From: Octopus vulgaris
Lineage: Eukaryota
Assembly (NCBI GenBank): GCA_951406725.2
Contig: OX597828.1
Coordinates: 45,756,001-45,820,000, forward strand
Direction: 5' to 3'
DNA length: 64,000 nt
The notes under the pieces were generated by a model that saw only the letters and a list, made by a program, of their open reading frames with translations, did no database searches and had not been told where the DNA came from. Shown here in pieces: positions 40,830 through 56,790 of this stretch. Numbering within the stretch: the stretch's first letter is position 1; each line of letters begins with the position of its first letter. A program made the translations under genes and the position numbers.

Positions 40830-41486
40830 ATATACAAATATGCTTGTAACTATGACATTGTGTACTTCAGTGTGTGTGTGTGTTGTGTTTTTGTATGTGT
40901 GTGTGTGCGTGTGCGTGTGTAATGTGTGTGTTCTAGCACGTACGTACACATGCGTATGAGCGTTAAGATAGAGTGCGCTCCAAAATGGTGAGTGAGCAAG
41001 CTTAGACGCTATGTCATCTAAGTACAAAAACAACGGGTTTACTCGTATTCAGATTAACGCAGCCGCTCCATATTAGATTAACACAAATACAATGTTTATG
41101 TAATACACTTTTACACATACACACACACACACACACACATGCGCGCGCACTCACACACACACATACCAACACCTATACACACGTATACACGCACAGAAAG
41201 CCACAAACATACTTCTACATATAGCTATATACATATTGACGCATGTATATGTATTTATGAGAGTATATGACTCTACGTGTATAAAATAGGTGTGTGTGTG
41301 TGTGAGTCTCCATGCGTGTGTATCAGTGTGTGTCTGAATGAATAGGCATATCTATATACGTATATGCGTATGTATGTATGCACGTGCGGGAGCATATGTA
41401 TGTGTGCGTGTTGTGTGTGTGTCTCTGTGTATAGTATTGAAATGCATGTATTTTCATACATTATATATACATGCATACGTATATAG

Positions 41487-41526
<40 letters not shown>

Positions 41527-41544
41527 TACATATCTATATACATA

Positions 41545-41630
<86 letters not shown>

Positions 41631-41712
41631 CGCAACTACACACACGTATATATTGGTGTATATCTGAACGTGTGTATATACGTTTGCCTATGCTTGTACG
41701 TAGTTTTGTGAT

Positions 41713-41759
<47 letters not shown>

Positions 41760-41779
41760 GTATATATGTATATATATAT

Positions 41780-41812
<33 letters not shown>

Positions 41813-41862
41813 GTGGCACACATACACATATACACACACATATATACAGACATGTATATATG

Positions 41863-41912
<50 letters not shown>

Positions 41913-42308
41913 CATATAAATACAATAACACACATGCACACAATTACATATGCACATATTCGTACGAATGTATGAGGCTTATGGGCATGTACCCCGAAAT
42001 CGCGGTCCTTAACAAATGCGCATACATATATGAATACACACGCACACGACACACATACACACACATATGCATCATTACACATAACACTACAAACTACTTC
42101 ATACACATACACACAAATATCAAGCAGCATGATATCTTTATACATATAACATACACTTGATAAACAAACTTAAGCAGTCGAACATGCAGATATATTTTAC
42201 TGTATATCGCTGTACACAAACGGAATATATACGTGTATTTACATTTATCTCTCTCATCTCTCTATCTCTCGCTCTCTCTCAATCTATCTATCTATCTATC
42301 TATCTATC

Positions 42309-42362
<54 letters not shown>

Positions 42363-42428
42363 GAAGATAGATAGACAGACAGATAGATAGATAGATAGGT
42401 AGACAGATAGACATAGACAGTTATATAT

Positions 42429-42491
<63 letters not shown>

Positions 42492-43030
42492 TATATATAT
42501 ATATATATATAGATAGATAGATAGATAGACAAACATAAATACATACAGAACGCCTGAGAGAGAAATTGTTGTAAATGACAGACACACGAGTGTATGTGTG
42601 CCTAGGTGCGTGTCTGTGTACGTGTGTATACGTGCGCGCGTGCGTGCGTGTGTACACACATTTAGATGACTGATAAGAGAAGAATGAACTCAACACCAGC
42701 TTACTAAAATAACCTGGCAGAGTAAAGTTTAACGGTTAAATTTATAGTCCTCACAAAGACGCCATTGAAATTTCTGAAGAACAGGAGTGGTTTCTGCGAA
42801 ACAATGGCGTATTTGTAGTGACAATGTGATTAATTTCCAAAATAAAAGACAAGTATGCATGTAGATACAGATAGATCTGTATGCATACATTTCATGCATA
42901 CAGGCATTCATGTCTGTCTGTCTGTCTGTCGGTCTATCTATTCATCTATCTCACTCTCTATTTACCTACCTACCTACCTACCTACCTACCTACCTACATA
43001 CCTACCTACCTACATACATACATACATACA

Positions 43031-43066
<36 letters not shown>

Positions 43067-43432
43067 TCCCCCTCTTCCCCTCTCCCCCTCATCTCTCCTC
43101 CCCTCTCCCCCTCACCTCCCCCTCCTCACGCACCCTTATGTTGGGGTGAAGTCATTTGACCCTGTTATCTCCCCTATTTTCGCTCTTGCGTCTCATGCTT
43201 GATCTCTGACTTCTGGCCAGAATCAGATCGCCATGTTGAATCGCCAGCTTCTGCACGCAATTTTTTCTGTCCTTGTTTCTATCCGTGTTTCTTTTCTGTG
43301 TATCTTTCTGTCGAAGAGCGTAGGCTCGAATCGTAAAAGACTTGTTTTATTTATATTCCTGAGCGCCATACTAATACAATTGTTTGTTTGTACTCCACGT
43401 GCCTTCGTCTTTTGTTTATTTTCATAAAGCTT

Positions 43433-43497
<65 letters not shown>

Positions 43498-44089
43498 TAT
43501 TTCAAAATGTAACCACATGTGAATCGTCGGTGATTTTCTTCCCCCGTCTTCTCTTCTTTTGGACTCTGCTCTATTTCTCAAGAAGAGCTTTGCTCGAAAC
43601 GTAAAAGCCTCGTTCTTCCCTTTCCTGAGCGTCTGATAATAAATTATTTGTACCACGACCTCGCGTTGTTGTTTTTTCATGTTTGTTCTTCTTTGTTTGG
43701 ATTCACTATATATATGCATAAGAGACCAAAGTGTACAGTTAGGTGATACAAAAAAGGGACAACAAAACATCCAGACAGCCGATACAAGTTCCAGATTATG
43801 TTTGCAATTGCGGCTGGTTATACTCGAGATTGCTCCAATCTGGCCAGCCCCAAGAAAAGACTAAACTACGAGCATTTGATTCCTTGGAAGAAAGCAGTGA
43901 ATGAATACAAAACAAGGACGAAAAAAATGGAGAATGTTACACAGATACAAATAACAGGACATAACAAGTGAGAAAGGTTGGCTTCAATTTCACCCTTTTA
44001 CTTTGGGGCTGGGTCCAAATTTAGATTTCTAATAAAGATTTTTCATATTAAATTGATAGCTTCTTTTAAAATATGAAAATATTACAAGT

Positions 44090-44670
44090 ATAAGGTGTGT
44101 TATAGTCATTTATAGAACATGTATCCTATATAAACTCAACATACGATTAAAGATGGAGACGAGATGTTAAAAGTTTTATAAGATTTTAATCCATGCATAC
44201 GATCGTTTCGAATGGTAACACGAACATGTAACAAACCTGGAAAGATTAAATTAATTACAATTACAATTAAATTCATTTATTTAGATATTACTATTTTACT
44301 CAGTGCAAAATCTGTTTCTTTTTAATATACACCGTATATTATTAAAATTTTTTTTCATTGTATACTACTCATAACTGTCAAATCACATATAAATTTAAAT
44401 ATAGATATGATGTCCCATTGGACGCTTATCTATTTATATGTATACACTTGTGTATATATGCATATCTATGCACGTATGTGTGGGTATGTGCATGTTTGTG
44501 TGTATGTATATGAGTGTATATATTTGTTTCTATATATGTTAGCATTCTAAACAATCGCATACATGGATTAAAATTTTATAAAACTTTTAACATCTCTTCT
44601 CCATCTTTAATTGTTTGTTGAGTTTATATAGGATACATGCTCTATAAATATAAATTACACACCTTATACT
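44090..44670. repeat. ~130-bp inverted repeat pair with a degenerate minus-strand hammerhead motif (44194-44307)
   Basis: Arms ~44090-44220 and ~44537-44670; motif ugca CUGAGUA aaauaguaa...uuaccauuc GAA ACGAUCGU A ugca. Confidence 0.7.
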
Positions 44671-45219
44671 TATATATAACAAAATAATATATAAAACATA
44701 TGCATATATACATACATATATGTACGTACCTACATCTATATGCATATATACATATATACATATGTACATGGGTACAGGACACCAAAATAAAAACGTCGAA
44801 CACAATGAGAAACGAAAACGTAAATACAAAACCAAGGAAATGGACATTTTTCTTAAACAACGAAAAAATAGAGTACAAGACATACAACACAAGGAACATT
44901 CCCCTTCTTCAGCCGCCTCTGTTTCATCTACTCCGCTTTTCGAAGGTAAAGGCGAGACACGACTTCCTTGAAATAGCCCTTCTCGCAAAAGCAAGTTAAA
45001 TAAAATTTGAGATTTTTGTGGAGGGGTAAAAATGGTAGCAAAAACAGGACAGTAAAAACAATACAAACTATAAACAGTAAAAGACAGGACAAGGAGAATA
45101 ACAGTAACACGAACATTGAGGGCTGTTAAGCCAGAACGAATGAAAAAATATTTTGAACACAATAAGTCCCGGGGTCGATTTGTTAGACTAAAGGCAGTTC
45201 TCCAGCACATGTATATAAT

Positions 45220-45610
45220 CTTTTAGTCTTTTATTTGTTTCAGTCATTTCACTGCGGTCATGCAGGAGCATCGCCTTTAGTCGAACAAATTGACCCCGGG
45301 ACTTATTCTTTGTAAGCCCCGGACTTATTCTTTGTATCTATTCAATCGGTATCTTTTGCCGGACTTCTAAGTTACGGGCTGGTGAACTCGCCAGCATCGG
45401 TTGTCAAGCGATGGCGTGGTGTCAAACACAGACACACAAACACACACACACATGTATATATACGATGGGCTTCTTTCAGTTTCCCTGTACCAAATTCACT
45501 GACAAAGCTTTGGTCGCCCCGAGGCTGTAGTAGGGGCTAGAGAAAACACTTGCCCAAGGTGCTACGCAGTGGGAAGGAACCCGGAACTATGTGGTTGGTA
45601 ATCAAGCTCC
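45220..45610 (-). mobile_element. SINE family A, abutting an opposite-strand tail fragment at 45160-45210
   Basis: ttgtttcagtcatt...ctttcagtttcc...cacttgcccaaggtgc. Confidence 0.85.
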
Positions 45611-45617
45611 TGAGAGG

Positions 45618-45651
<34 letters not shown>

Positions 45652-45804
45652 GGGAGGGAGAGAGAGAAATGGATATATCTAGTATATAAATGCGTATTCA
45701 TTTGATCATTTATTCGTTGACTGCATAGAGTCATGTGCGGCCATACTGGTGCATCCGTTTAAAATGCTCAAGGCGACAAATCAACACAAGTACTTAATGT
45801 TAGC

Positions 45805-46055
45805 GTGGAGGCGCGTGGTTTATTGGTTAGGGTGTTGGACTGATAATTGCAAGACTGTTGTTTCGATTCCTGGACGGGGCGATGCATCGTCTTCTTGAGC
45901 AAAACACTCCATTTCACGTTGCTGCAGTCCACTTAGCTGGCAAAAGGGAGTGATCTCGCGACAGATCGTAGTCCCGTCCAGGTGGGGAATTTCTACGTCA
46001 CTGAAACCGGGTAACCGGCCCTTATGAGCATGGCATGGCTGGAAAAAGAAACATT
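45805..46055 (+). mobile_element. SINE family C without U6, nested in an old family A tail (45720-46125)
   Basis: Collinear with 4013-4262 from gtggaggcgcgtgg to ggcatggctgg. Confidence 0.88.
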
Positions 46056-46622
46056 TCCTCGTTTTCCTGAATTTAATCGCGAGTAATTATTCTAACGGTC
46101 ACACTTCACGAACTGCTAAGTTAAAAGTATTAAAGAAAATGTAAACAAACCAACGTTGTTTGACGGGAAATGGGATACAAAAATAAATACGAAGACCTGC
46201 ACGGATTTCGCATATACTCACACACACACATACACACGCACACACACACACAACACACGTACTCGTAAATATATACGTATAATACGAATGTATATACGCT
46301 TATATGTGTATGCATGAGAGAAACTATTGAAACAGTGCAAATATACCAGATCGACATGAATACAGACGCAGAGGGCCGCGCACACATACAAACGTACGTA
46401 CACAAAAATGCACACACACACACACACAGACAAATACACAAACACATATATCCGTATATACACCCTTCTCAAACCCAACAGTTACTAAATGTTACCCACT
46501 GTTTAAGGCAGAAGTTAAAAGGAAGTGTGTGTTTTATTTAGGGCAAAACATGTTTTGGCTTCATCTGACCGATAAAATGCACCACAGTTGCTGACAGTTG
46601 GCAATAAAGAGCACAAATAGAT

Positions 46623-46702
<80 letters not shown>

Positions 46703-46709
46703 TACATAT

Positions 46710-46752
<43 letters not shown>

Positions 46753-46996
46753 TATGCTATATTACATATTATATATATGTATATATATATACATTAATAT
46801 TATATATATTATTATATCATATATATATATATATTATATATATTATGTATATATATATTATATATATATATACACATATATTATATTATATATATATGTA
46901 TATGTATATATATATGTGTGTGTGTGTATGTATATATATGTATGTATATATACATACATATATAATAGCAGATGAACATGTGTTTACATAAGTGTT

Positions 46997-47061
<65 letters not shown>

Positions 47062-47124
47062 AGGTAGATAGATAAATAGATAGATAGATAGATCGATAGA
47101 TAGATTCATAGACAGATACACATG

Positions 47125-47216
<92 letters not shown>

Positions 47217-47639
47217 CATATATATATATGAATATATATACATATATATATATCCATAATTATATGTACGAAAAGGGTTATGTTCATGCAATAATAATGA
47301 TATTGATGGTGGCGATGATGATGATGATAATGTTGATGATGAAGACGATGATGATGATAATGATAATGTTAGTAATATATATATCATACTGATACACACA
47401 TATAAACACACAATTGATATACGTTCAAATAGGAACACACACACACACACACACATATATGCATGTATGTACATGTTGTGCGACTGCGTATAAGTGTATA
47501 TATACAATTGTACAATATATGTCAGCCTCTGCATGTGACGTGTTTATAATGGAGTTTACACGTTACCTATGCATGAACGCAAACGTATTTATATTTGTTC
47601 GTGTGTGTACACACACTCATATATATATGTATATGTATG

Positions 47640-47689
<50 letters not shown>

Positions 47690-47691
47690 TA

Positions 47692-47741
<50 letters not shown>

Positions 47742-47981
47742 CATACATATATATATATGGATGCATGCACATATTTATATATATAATATATATTTGCATG
47801 TGTGTGTACTTAAGTGGATGTTTATATGTATATATACATATATACATATATCTATATGCATGTATATATATCTATATATTTGTGAATAAATACAAGAATA
47901 CATATATATATATACATAATAACACACATTACACACGCGCATATATTTGTACATATAAATATGTGTATGTACGTATGCATG

Positions 47982-48018
<37 letters not shown>

Positions 48019-48615
48019 ATGTATATATATATATATATATATATATTATAAGATGTATGTGTGTGTATGTATGCCTGTGTGTTTATGTGTTGCTATACTT
48101 TCTATGTTGATGTTTACGTGTATGTCTGTAAGAATATTCCTGTGTGTGTGTGTTTGCGTGTGACGGGTGAGAGGGGTACATAAGATAAAGACATTTGAAG
48201 GGTAAATCTTCTATTTTATCCTACCTAACCTACTTTCCTACCCCTTTCTTCCATTCCTCTCCCTTCTTTCCTCCATCCCATATATTGCCCGAGATTTAAT
48301 GAGGTATTTATGCTGGGGTACTCGGGTCCCTGGTGGGTTGTACCCGACGGAGCAAGGGATCATTGCGCAAAAAGTGAGGCTAATAGCTAAACCAGCCACC
48401 CCCACCAACCCAGTTTTGTGGCTTTCTGTGTGGGTCTGTTTGGGTTTCTTGTTTAGTTTTGTCTGGGACCTAAATCTAAGAGGGTCTCCCCGGAGTTGTT
48501 ATGTACGAACCGAGATATCTACGCTCACACTCACATAGGTATGAACACATACACATACTCGTACATGTCCATATATATGTTTACGTACTCACTTATACAC
48601 ACACTCATGTATATA

Positions 48616-48682
<67 letters not shown>

Positions 48683-48853
48683 GCATGTATGTATGTATAT
48701 ATATATATATATATATTGATATAAATATATAGCCATACGTAAGAACTCATATTCATATATACAGAGATATGTATGTATAAATATACAAATGTACATGTAT
48801 AGCTATATTTATATCTATATATCTATCAATCTATCAATCTGTCTATCTCTCTC

Positions 48854-48901
<48 letters not shown>

Positions 48902-49314
48902 CATATAGTATTGCACGCGTGCATAAGTACGTCTATATATATGTATATATATATATATTAGTATACATTGAAACTAACATATACAAATACATACATACAT
49001 ATGTATGACTGCATGTATGTATGTATGTATGTATGTATGTATGTATGTATGTATGTATGTATACATATGGTACAAGAGAAAGGGTTAGGGGGAGACAGAG
49101 ATAAAGTACGAGCCAGTCAGACAGGCAGACAATGAAATATCAAACGTAAACAACATAGATATATGTATCTATAAATATGTGTGTATGTGTGTTTGTGTAT
49201 AGAATATGATGGAAGGCTGCGTTCTAATGTACCCATGGTTTGTTTTGAAGGAAGAAACTAAGGTATACGTGCAGAAAAAAACAAGTTAAAAGATGCAAAA
49301 ACACAAAAAATGAG

Positions 49315-49349
<35 letters not shown>

Positions 49350-49481
49350 ACATACATACATACATAGTCTCACACACACATATATAAAAAAAAATACGCA
49401 CATATATATATATGTGAATGTGTGTGTATGTATTTTCTATATATATACATATATATGTATATATTTTTATCATCTATCTGT

Positions 49482-49558
<77 letters not shown>

Positions 49559-49682
49559 AATCTCTCTCTATATATATAATTAGGGTGAAAAATTGAATAT
49601 TAATTCGATTGATCTCAATTTGAAACCAGTGGTCGAGCATATAGAAAAATTTAAAAATTCAGAAAAATTGTATTACACACAT

Positions 49683-49934
49683 ATAAGAGGGATAACCACT
49701 AAGTGGATATCCATATGCTAGAAGTCGGCCCCCAATGGTCCTACGTAAGTGATTATGTAAGTGGTAACGGCGAAACTGGTTTGTGATTAATCTGTATATT
49801 TTACATCTTTTCATTTGTCTTGTTCGCTTACGTTCTGGCGTTTGCTGGATTTTCTTGAGAACATTCCTTTCTTAGTAGTAAAACCATAGGGAGTCGACTT
49901 TTAGCATATGGATGTCCACTTAGTGGTCATCTTT

Positions 49935-49940
<6 letters not shown>
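49683..49940. mobile_element. Short element with ~50-bp terminal inverted repeats (MITE-like)
   Basis: ataaga...accactaagtggatatccatatgctagaagtcg versus cgacttttagcatatggatgtccacttagtggt...tcttat. Confidence 0.65.
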
Positions 49941-49980
<40 letters not shown>

Positions 49981-49989
49981 ATATCATTC

Positions 49990-50830
49990 CAGACTAAAGT
50001 TAGGGTTTATAACATATTGGCATATGTGTTCTGCCAGAGTTGATTTATAGAAGTGAGACATGGCTTGTTTATCGTTGGCATTTAAGACATTTGGAACGAT
50101 ATCATCAATATTGTCTTAGGAAAATTTTCGAGATAAATTGGAAAATGGCGAACAATGATGTGGAGTTACTTGAGAGAAATGATAGTAGAGGTATTGAATC
50201 GATGATTTGGCAAAGTCATTTGAGGTGGGGTGGATATTTAGTGAGATTTAGTGATGAAAGAGTTCCTAAGCAACTTTTGTATGGTGAGCTCGAGGAGAGC
50301 GGGGGGGGGGGGGGCAACACATAAGCCCAGAATGAGGCTCAACGACTGGCTCAGAATCGCTCTGATACAAGCAGACATTTCAGTTGATGATTGAGAGAGG
50401 GAGGCACGAAACCGAAATGGATGGAGGAAAAAAGAGTGCACAGTAGTTGTTCGAAGTTTGAAAGAGAGTGAACAAAATACGGGAAGAGAAGTCTTAGAAA
50501 GAATGAACCTGTGGTAAATGAGGGAGTGTTGCTTTTTATGTGTGTGATTTGTAAGAGGAAATGCTTGAATCATGCAGACCTGGTTAGCCATTAGAGAACT
50601 GACAGGAACGAACCCCTTGTATATTGGAATACGGTTATTGTTCACAGCAGAACATGTGCTACCTGTCGAAATGTGTCTCCTTTTAGTTGGACGATTGAAA
50701 AGGCACGCGAAAAGAGTTCATCCTGTGGCACTGTTCCTTCTACCAGCCACTACAGCTAAGCATTATGCAACAGGATGCGGACATTTTTGGCTAGGCTCAA
50801 GAGTCATACAAGGGGCTTACATTGTATCAT
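49990..50830 (+). mobile_element. 3' fragment of an RTE-clade LINE ORF, decayed, with C2H2-finger remnants
   Basis: TKVRVY...LIYRSETW...LERYHQYCLRKIFEINW...HLRWGGYLVRFSDERVPKQLLYGEL, the typical RTE post-RT region. Confidence 0.85.
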
Positions 50831-51149
50831 CAATGACTCGTTTCACTAACTGTTTCTAGCAATATCTTTGCTTGTATTGCTACTATATATATTGAGGGTG
50901 ACTGTGGACTTTCAGCCTGTCCCTGTCAATAATATCCTTATTCAAGAATAATAATTCGCCATCATAGATCGCTAACCACAAAACCTTCTTCTATTTTCTC
51001 TCCCTGTTTATTACTGTGTTCCTTTCTGTCAAAGAGCGTAGGCTCGAAACGTAAAATACTTTCTCACTTCCCGAGCGTTAAACTAATACATCGGTTTGTT
51101 GTTTGCACACCCGTCTTCCTCTTTTGTTTTGTTTCATTTTGTAAATTCC

Positions 51150-51194
<45 letters not shown>

Positions 51195-52026
51195 ATATTC
51201 ACGATGTGGTTTCAGTTCGTGATGCATGCGTTGAAGTGCCATCGGGCACTTTTTAAATCAAGTGCAAATTTCAACGCAACTGATTTTCTTGAATGGAACT
51301 GAAAGCCCGAGAAAAGGATTGGCATAAGTTGATAAAGAAAGAGAAAGAATGAGAAAGAATGAGAGAGAGAGAGAGAGAGAAAGGGGGTGAAATAGTTAGG
51401 CTTCTATGCATATATTGTTTATGTAAAGTTGTCCTGTTAATGTCAATCAGGAGTTTCAACACCGTGCATGCGTTTCTTCAGACGAGTTAAACACACACAC
51501 ACACACACACACACATACACACACACACACACACACACATACACACACACATACACACACACACACACATGGATGTGCGTGAATGTGTTAGTGTATATGC
51601 ATGCAGTTCACGTTTTTAAAAACCATATAACAACAAAGTGGAATGAACAGGCTTCAATTACGAAACAAGGCAATTGTTTCTGTACAATGGTAACAGCTGA
51701 TAGATGTTGAGTTTTTCCTATCAAACTATTACCTTAGTGAAGCCGCGTAGCATAGTGGCTAGGGTATTCATATATACATTAATACATACATATATATATA
51801 TAAAAGTTCAGCAAAAATTTAGACTCAGATGAATATGGTACTTAAGTTAGAGGCACCAGAATTTGGCATGGTATTATCCCTATAAATCAATGGAGTGATT
51901 ATAATCAAAATAAGCAACAAGGGTATCCAAAGGTAGTGTAGTACAATCGTTTCATGCTACTTCATTTAATTAAATAATGTAAGTATTTCGTCAGTTTTAA
52001 AATGTAGACCACATAGCTAGCTAGAG

Positions 52027-52087
<61 letters not shown>

Positions 52088-52106
52088 GTAAATATATGTA
52101 TGTATA

Positions 52107-52172
<66 letters not shown>

Positions 52173-52184
52173 TATATGTATGTA

Positions 52185-52258
<74 letters not shown>

Positions 52259-52363
52259 GTATATATATATCTAAGACTGTCTAAAGTCTGTCTAAAGGAT
52301 ACTACGGCAGCAGTACTGTGTTCGATATTTAAATAACGTTCTTATCGTTATTTATATAAATTT

Positions 52364-52430
<67 letters not shown>

Positions 52431-52461
52431 CAAATAAGTAACAAGGACGTTCAGGCAGTAG

Positions 52462-52548
52462 TGCATTACGGCCGTTTCAGGCGGTTCTATTTAATCGATC
52501 AATGCAAGTATTACATCAATTTGAAATATACCACCTTCCTCGGAAGCA
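52462..52548 (-). ncRNA. Hammerhead motif with extended stem II
   Basis: ugcuu CCGAGGA AGGUGGU...ACCGCCU GAA ACGGCCGU A augca; 7-bp stem II base, palindromic stem III, GUA triplet. A related 3' half lies at 51935-51953. Confidence 0.6.
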
Positions 52549-52623
52549 TAATACCATATATATCTTCAACATACAGGATACTCCATTATAATTGAAAATT
52601 GAATTGGTTTCTCTCTTATTACT

Positions 52624-52687
<64 letters not shown>

Positions 52688-52699
52688 GATAGATATGTG

Positions 52700-52920
52700 T
52701 GTGTTTGTGTGTATTTGTGTGTCTGTTTTTATCCCCCACAATCGCTTGATGACCAGTGTTGGTGTGTTTATGTCGCCGTGAGTTAGCGGTTCGGCAAAAG
52801 AACGGATAGAATTAGTACTAGGTTTACAAAGAATAAGCCCTGGGGTCAATTTGTTCGACTAAAGGCGCTGCTCCAGCATGGCCGCAGTGAAATGAGTGCA
52901 ACAGGAAACAGAATAAAAGA
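52700..52920 (+). mobile_element. SINE family A, 3' half (a minus-strand 3' half lies at 59550-59770)
   Basis: ttagcggttcggcaaaaga...ctccagcatggccgcagt. Confidence 0.8.
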
Positions 52921-53107
52921 ATATGCATGCATGTATATTGCATACATACATACATGATACATACATACATACATACATACATACATACATACATACATAC
53001 ATGCATACATACATACATACATACATACATACATACATAATACATGCATACATAAATACATACATACATACATGCATACATACATACATACATACAAGCA
53101 TGCATAA

Positions 53108-53657
53108 TGGTGGCTGCCCCCTCGTTATCGAGTATGGCCATTGCACGAAGCTTAATCAATGTTGTTATCGTGCAATACCTGTGCAAGAAGATTTTTTAAA
53201 GTGAGGAAAGACTGTGCACTGAGTCAATCTCACTCACTAAGCAACAGCAGCCATAATCCGAAAAGAAGAACAAATCAACATCATCGGTAACCACTGAGCC
53301 GCAGTTTTATGTCGGAGTTATCCCAGTTACCTGAGTTACCTTCTCCCAGAAGGATGCTCTAACAAATGCTAAGAGTCCTTCACTCCCAGTGGTTTAACCG
53401 CGCGATTGAGTATTCAGTCCGATTATTTCTACGTCCCCGCGCATGATACAGCCTTAAGACATGTATTGTAAGGCCGTTGACTCTCAAGAGTTCCTCCGCC
53501 CTTTGACGGGTTTTGTTTTTCATCCCGCAGGGTGTTCAATAAACACCCTCCTCACCAAGCAAGCTTGGTGGAGTTGCCGGTTTAGTCGCCGACGACCCGA
53601 CCATGCAACAGGTTGTATTGGGTTACATGTTACCAGTAGCACTCGAAAGTGACCTGA
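53108..53657 (-). mobile_element. Second copy of the ~580-bp RTE-like non-autonomous element
   Basis: Same two ends as 25947-26524; lacks the 30-bp duplication. Confidence 0.75.
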
Positions 53658-53687
53658 CATAGTGCACGCATACATACATACATATAA

Positions 53688-54864
53688 TTCAAGGTGAAGT
53701 AAAAAAAATTATGCGCACTTATATCAAACTAAACTTTCGTTAGGTTGGTCGCACTGCCTTGTGATCACGTGTCCGAGGTTTGACTTTGATCTTTCCATTT
53801 TTCTTTTTTGTGTTGCACACTATAGCCGCTTTGCTGGCAGTATACTGCAAGAAAAACAGACATCAGTGAACCGATTCCTCTTGTCTGAAGATGTCAGGGT
53901 CAAGCTTTTATTCAATACGGGAACAGCGCTCTGCTGCCTACAAGTGTTTATGATTTGGTCAAGATGTTTTAAAATGGCCGAATAAGTGTGAAGTACGAAG
54001 TGGGAGTAGGACGCTCATCAACTTCCATCATTGACTTGTCCGTTTCGACAAGCTTGAGTGACCGTTGATGAAGTGGAATGTTCTCTTCAAATTACTTATA
54101 GTTCTGCAAAGATTCGCTTCTGTAAAGTCTGTGCGAGATAGGTGCCAAGAGAGCTTACCGAAGTGGATAAGCGCAATCGTGCAGTGATCTGTCAACGTTT
54201 TCTCGACCGCTACAACGATAAATGTGACACGATTTTGGGAGGGAATAATCACAGATGAGAACTAGGATCATCGGTTTGAGCCAGAATCCAAAAGGCAGAA
54301 TAGGGAGTGAAAACACACGAAATCCCTAGTGAAAACGAAATTCAGGACTCAAACTTCCATAGAATTGGTGCTAACTGTTTGTGAGGACGCAAAAGGTTCT
54401 ATACTGGAACTTTACCTGGAAAAGACTAACAAACTGAAACCAGCAATTCGCACCAAATGCCGAAATGTATTGTCAAAAGAAGTGTTGTTTTTGCACCATG
54501 ATGCGTGCCCACACATGGTTACCCACACCGTTGGAACCATTCAAAATTTGGGTTTCAAGATACTGAAACACTTGCATACAATCCCGACCTCGCTCCTTCC
54601 AGCTTCACCATTTTGGATCACTCAGAAATCTTTTACTAGATTGTAAATTTCCTACTGACGAAAACACGATGGAAGTGGTACATAAATGGCCACGAGGCAA
54701 ACCGAAAACCTTCTTCTCTGAATAAGTAAGTTTGTCTGCTGCTGGCGGAGGTGCATCAAAAAACAAGGAGACTATGTCGTAAAATGATGTGATGGTCCAA
54801 TTGGCTTTTGTTTAAATAAATTTCACAAAAAAAGTGCTTATAACTTTTAGCTTACTCTTTTATA
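53688..54864 (+). mobile_element. Decayed mariner element with degenerate TIRs
   Basis: KVCAR*VPRELT, IITDEN, FEPESKRQ, FLHHDACPH, YNPDLAPS, QGDYVVK*; ends aaaattatgcgcactt / aagtgcttataactttt. Confidence 0.88.
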
Positions 54865-55549
54865 CATCTATAACCTGGCATCATAAAATGTCCACATAGG
54901 ATCCGTTGTCGTTGAGCATTGATATGTATTTGAAACTTTTGTCGCATGGCTCCAAGCAAAAATGTTGGTGAAACGTGCGTAGGAACTTTAAAATAATATA
55001 CACCTGTGTTTTTCCTTATATTACCTAAAGATCACAACTCGTAATACTACTCAGTATTGTAGTTAATTAACAACTATAAAGAATGCAAGCTGGATTATGA
55101 AAATCTACGTAGAGCTCTAAACAAAACAGTTGCAATCGTGCATCTAGTTGTACTCTTAATTACTACAATATTATACGAGGGCGCTTACGACAGAAAAGCG
55201 AGGGCAGTAGAAAAAAACTTACATACTTTACGTGTGCCGCATGAGAAGTTAAACAAATGGCATGGGCGCTTTCGTATAAATAATATGTTACCGTATGCTT
55301 TTAAATTTAGTTACTATTACCGTTTGGGTCGGTAGACATGGGCGTTCGTTGTCGAAAAGTTTATCAAGTATGGTGAATCTGGGAGGGTTTTTGTTGCACT
55401 TTGTATTATATGTTATCGTGCTGAAATTTGATGTCTTTGTTTTTTCTTTCTATTTTATACAACCCTTTGCTAAACTCGTGCACAAAGACGTACTCTCCAG
55501 CTATCTGTGAAATGTTTACTTCAATCACGAATATTACTCATATATATAT

Positions 55550-55616
<67 letters not shown>

Positions 55617-55699
55617 TACATATATATATATATACATATATATACATACATATATATATATATATATTATATATATATGCATACATATATATATATATG

Positions 55700-55743
<44 letters not shown>

Positions 55744-55924
55744 TACGCAGGTGTGGATGTGTCAGTATGCATGTATATGCATCCACACACACATACATAC
55801 ACATATATATATATATGTGTGTGTATACATGAGTTTGTCTACATATATCTATAGTCATCCATCTTTCTCTCCCCCTCTGTCTCTCTGTCTGTCTCTCTTT
55901 ATATATATATATACATACATATAT

Positions 55925-55975
<51 letters not shown>

Positions 55976-56364
55976 ATGTCTGTGCGTCTGTATAGTGGGA
56001 GAGTTAAAGATATTAGTGGTGAAGTGAAGAACTCACGTTCTGCAAACTACAAGTCATTTGGTTTTGGGCCAAATATTATTATATATTACGTTTCTCGTCT
56101 TCATTTGTTTTCTGTTTTTGGCAAGTCGTTATCTCTGCTCTAACACTGTTGTCATTTAACAAAGGTTTCGCAAGTTTTAACCGAGCTGATGAAGAAGTGA
56201 AATATACCGATATATAGATGAATAGTGAGATAACGAAACAGAGAGGGAAGAAAGAGCAAAGGCGTGGAAGAAAGAGAGAGAGAGAGAGGTGGGGAGGAGA
56301 GGTGGGGAAAAAGGGATGCAAGATATAACGGCGATAATATAAAGGTAAATGATAAAGATGTAGA

Positions 56365-56708
56365 TGAGATGATACTGATAGTGATGATGATGGTGATGGT
56401 GATGATGATGATGATGACAAAAATAATAATGTGATGATGATGATGATGATGTTGTTGTTGTTGTTGGTGTTGGTGGTGGTGGTGGTGGTAGTGGTGGTGG
56501 AGGTGATAGATCTGTTGATGACGATAGCAACGACAACGAAGATGACAAGTACGATGATGGTGAAGATTAAGACGCTGATGATGATGATGATGGTGAAAAT
56601 GACGATGTCGAGAATGGCTTAGACGATGTTGTTGTATTTGCTGCTGCTGCTGCTGCTTCTGCTGCTGATGGTGATGGTTATGATGATGATGATGATGATG
56701 ATGATGAC

Positions 56709-56758
<50 letters not shown>

Positions 56759-56759
56759 C

Positions 56760-56790
<31 letters not shown>

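Noticed and set aside
48320-48400. HDV-like ribozyme hint (ctggt-ggg-ttgta-ccc...gCTAA-accag)
   Set aside because: L3 is too short and no G-started P1 or P1.1 can be built.
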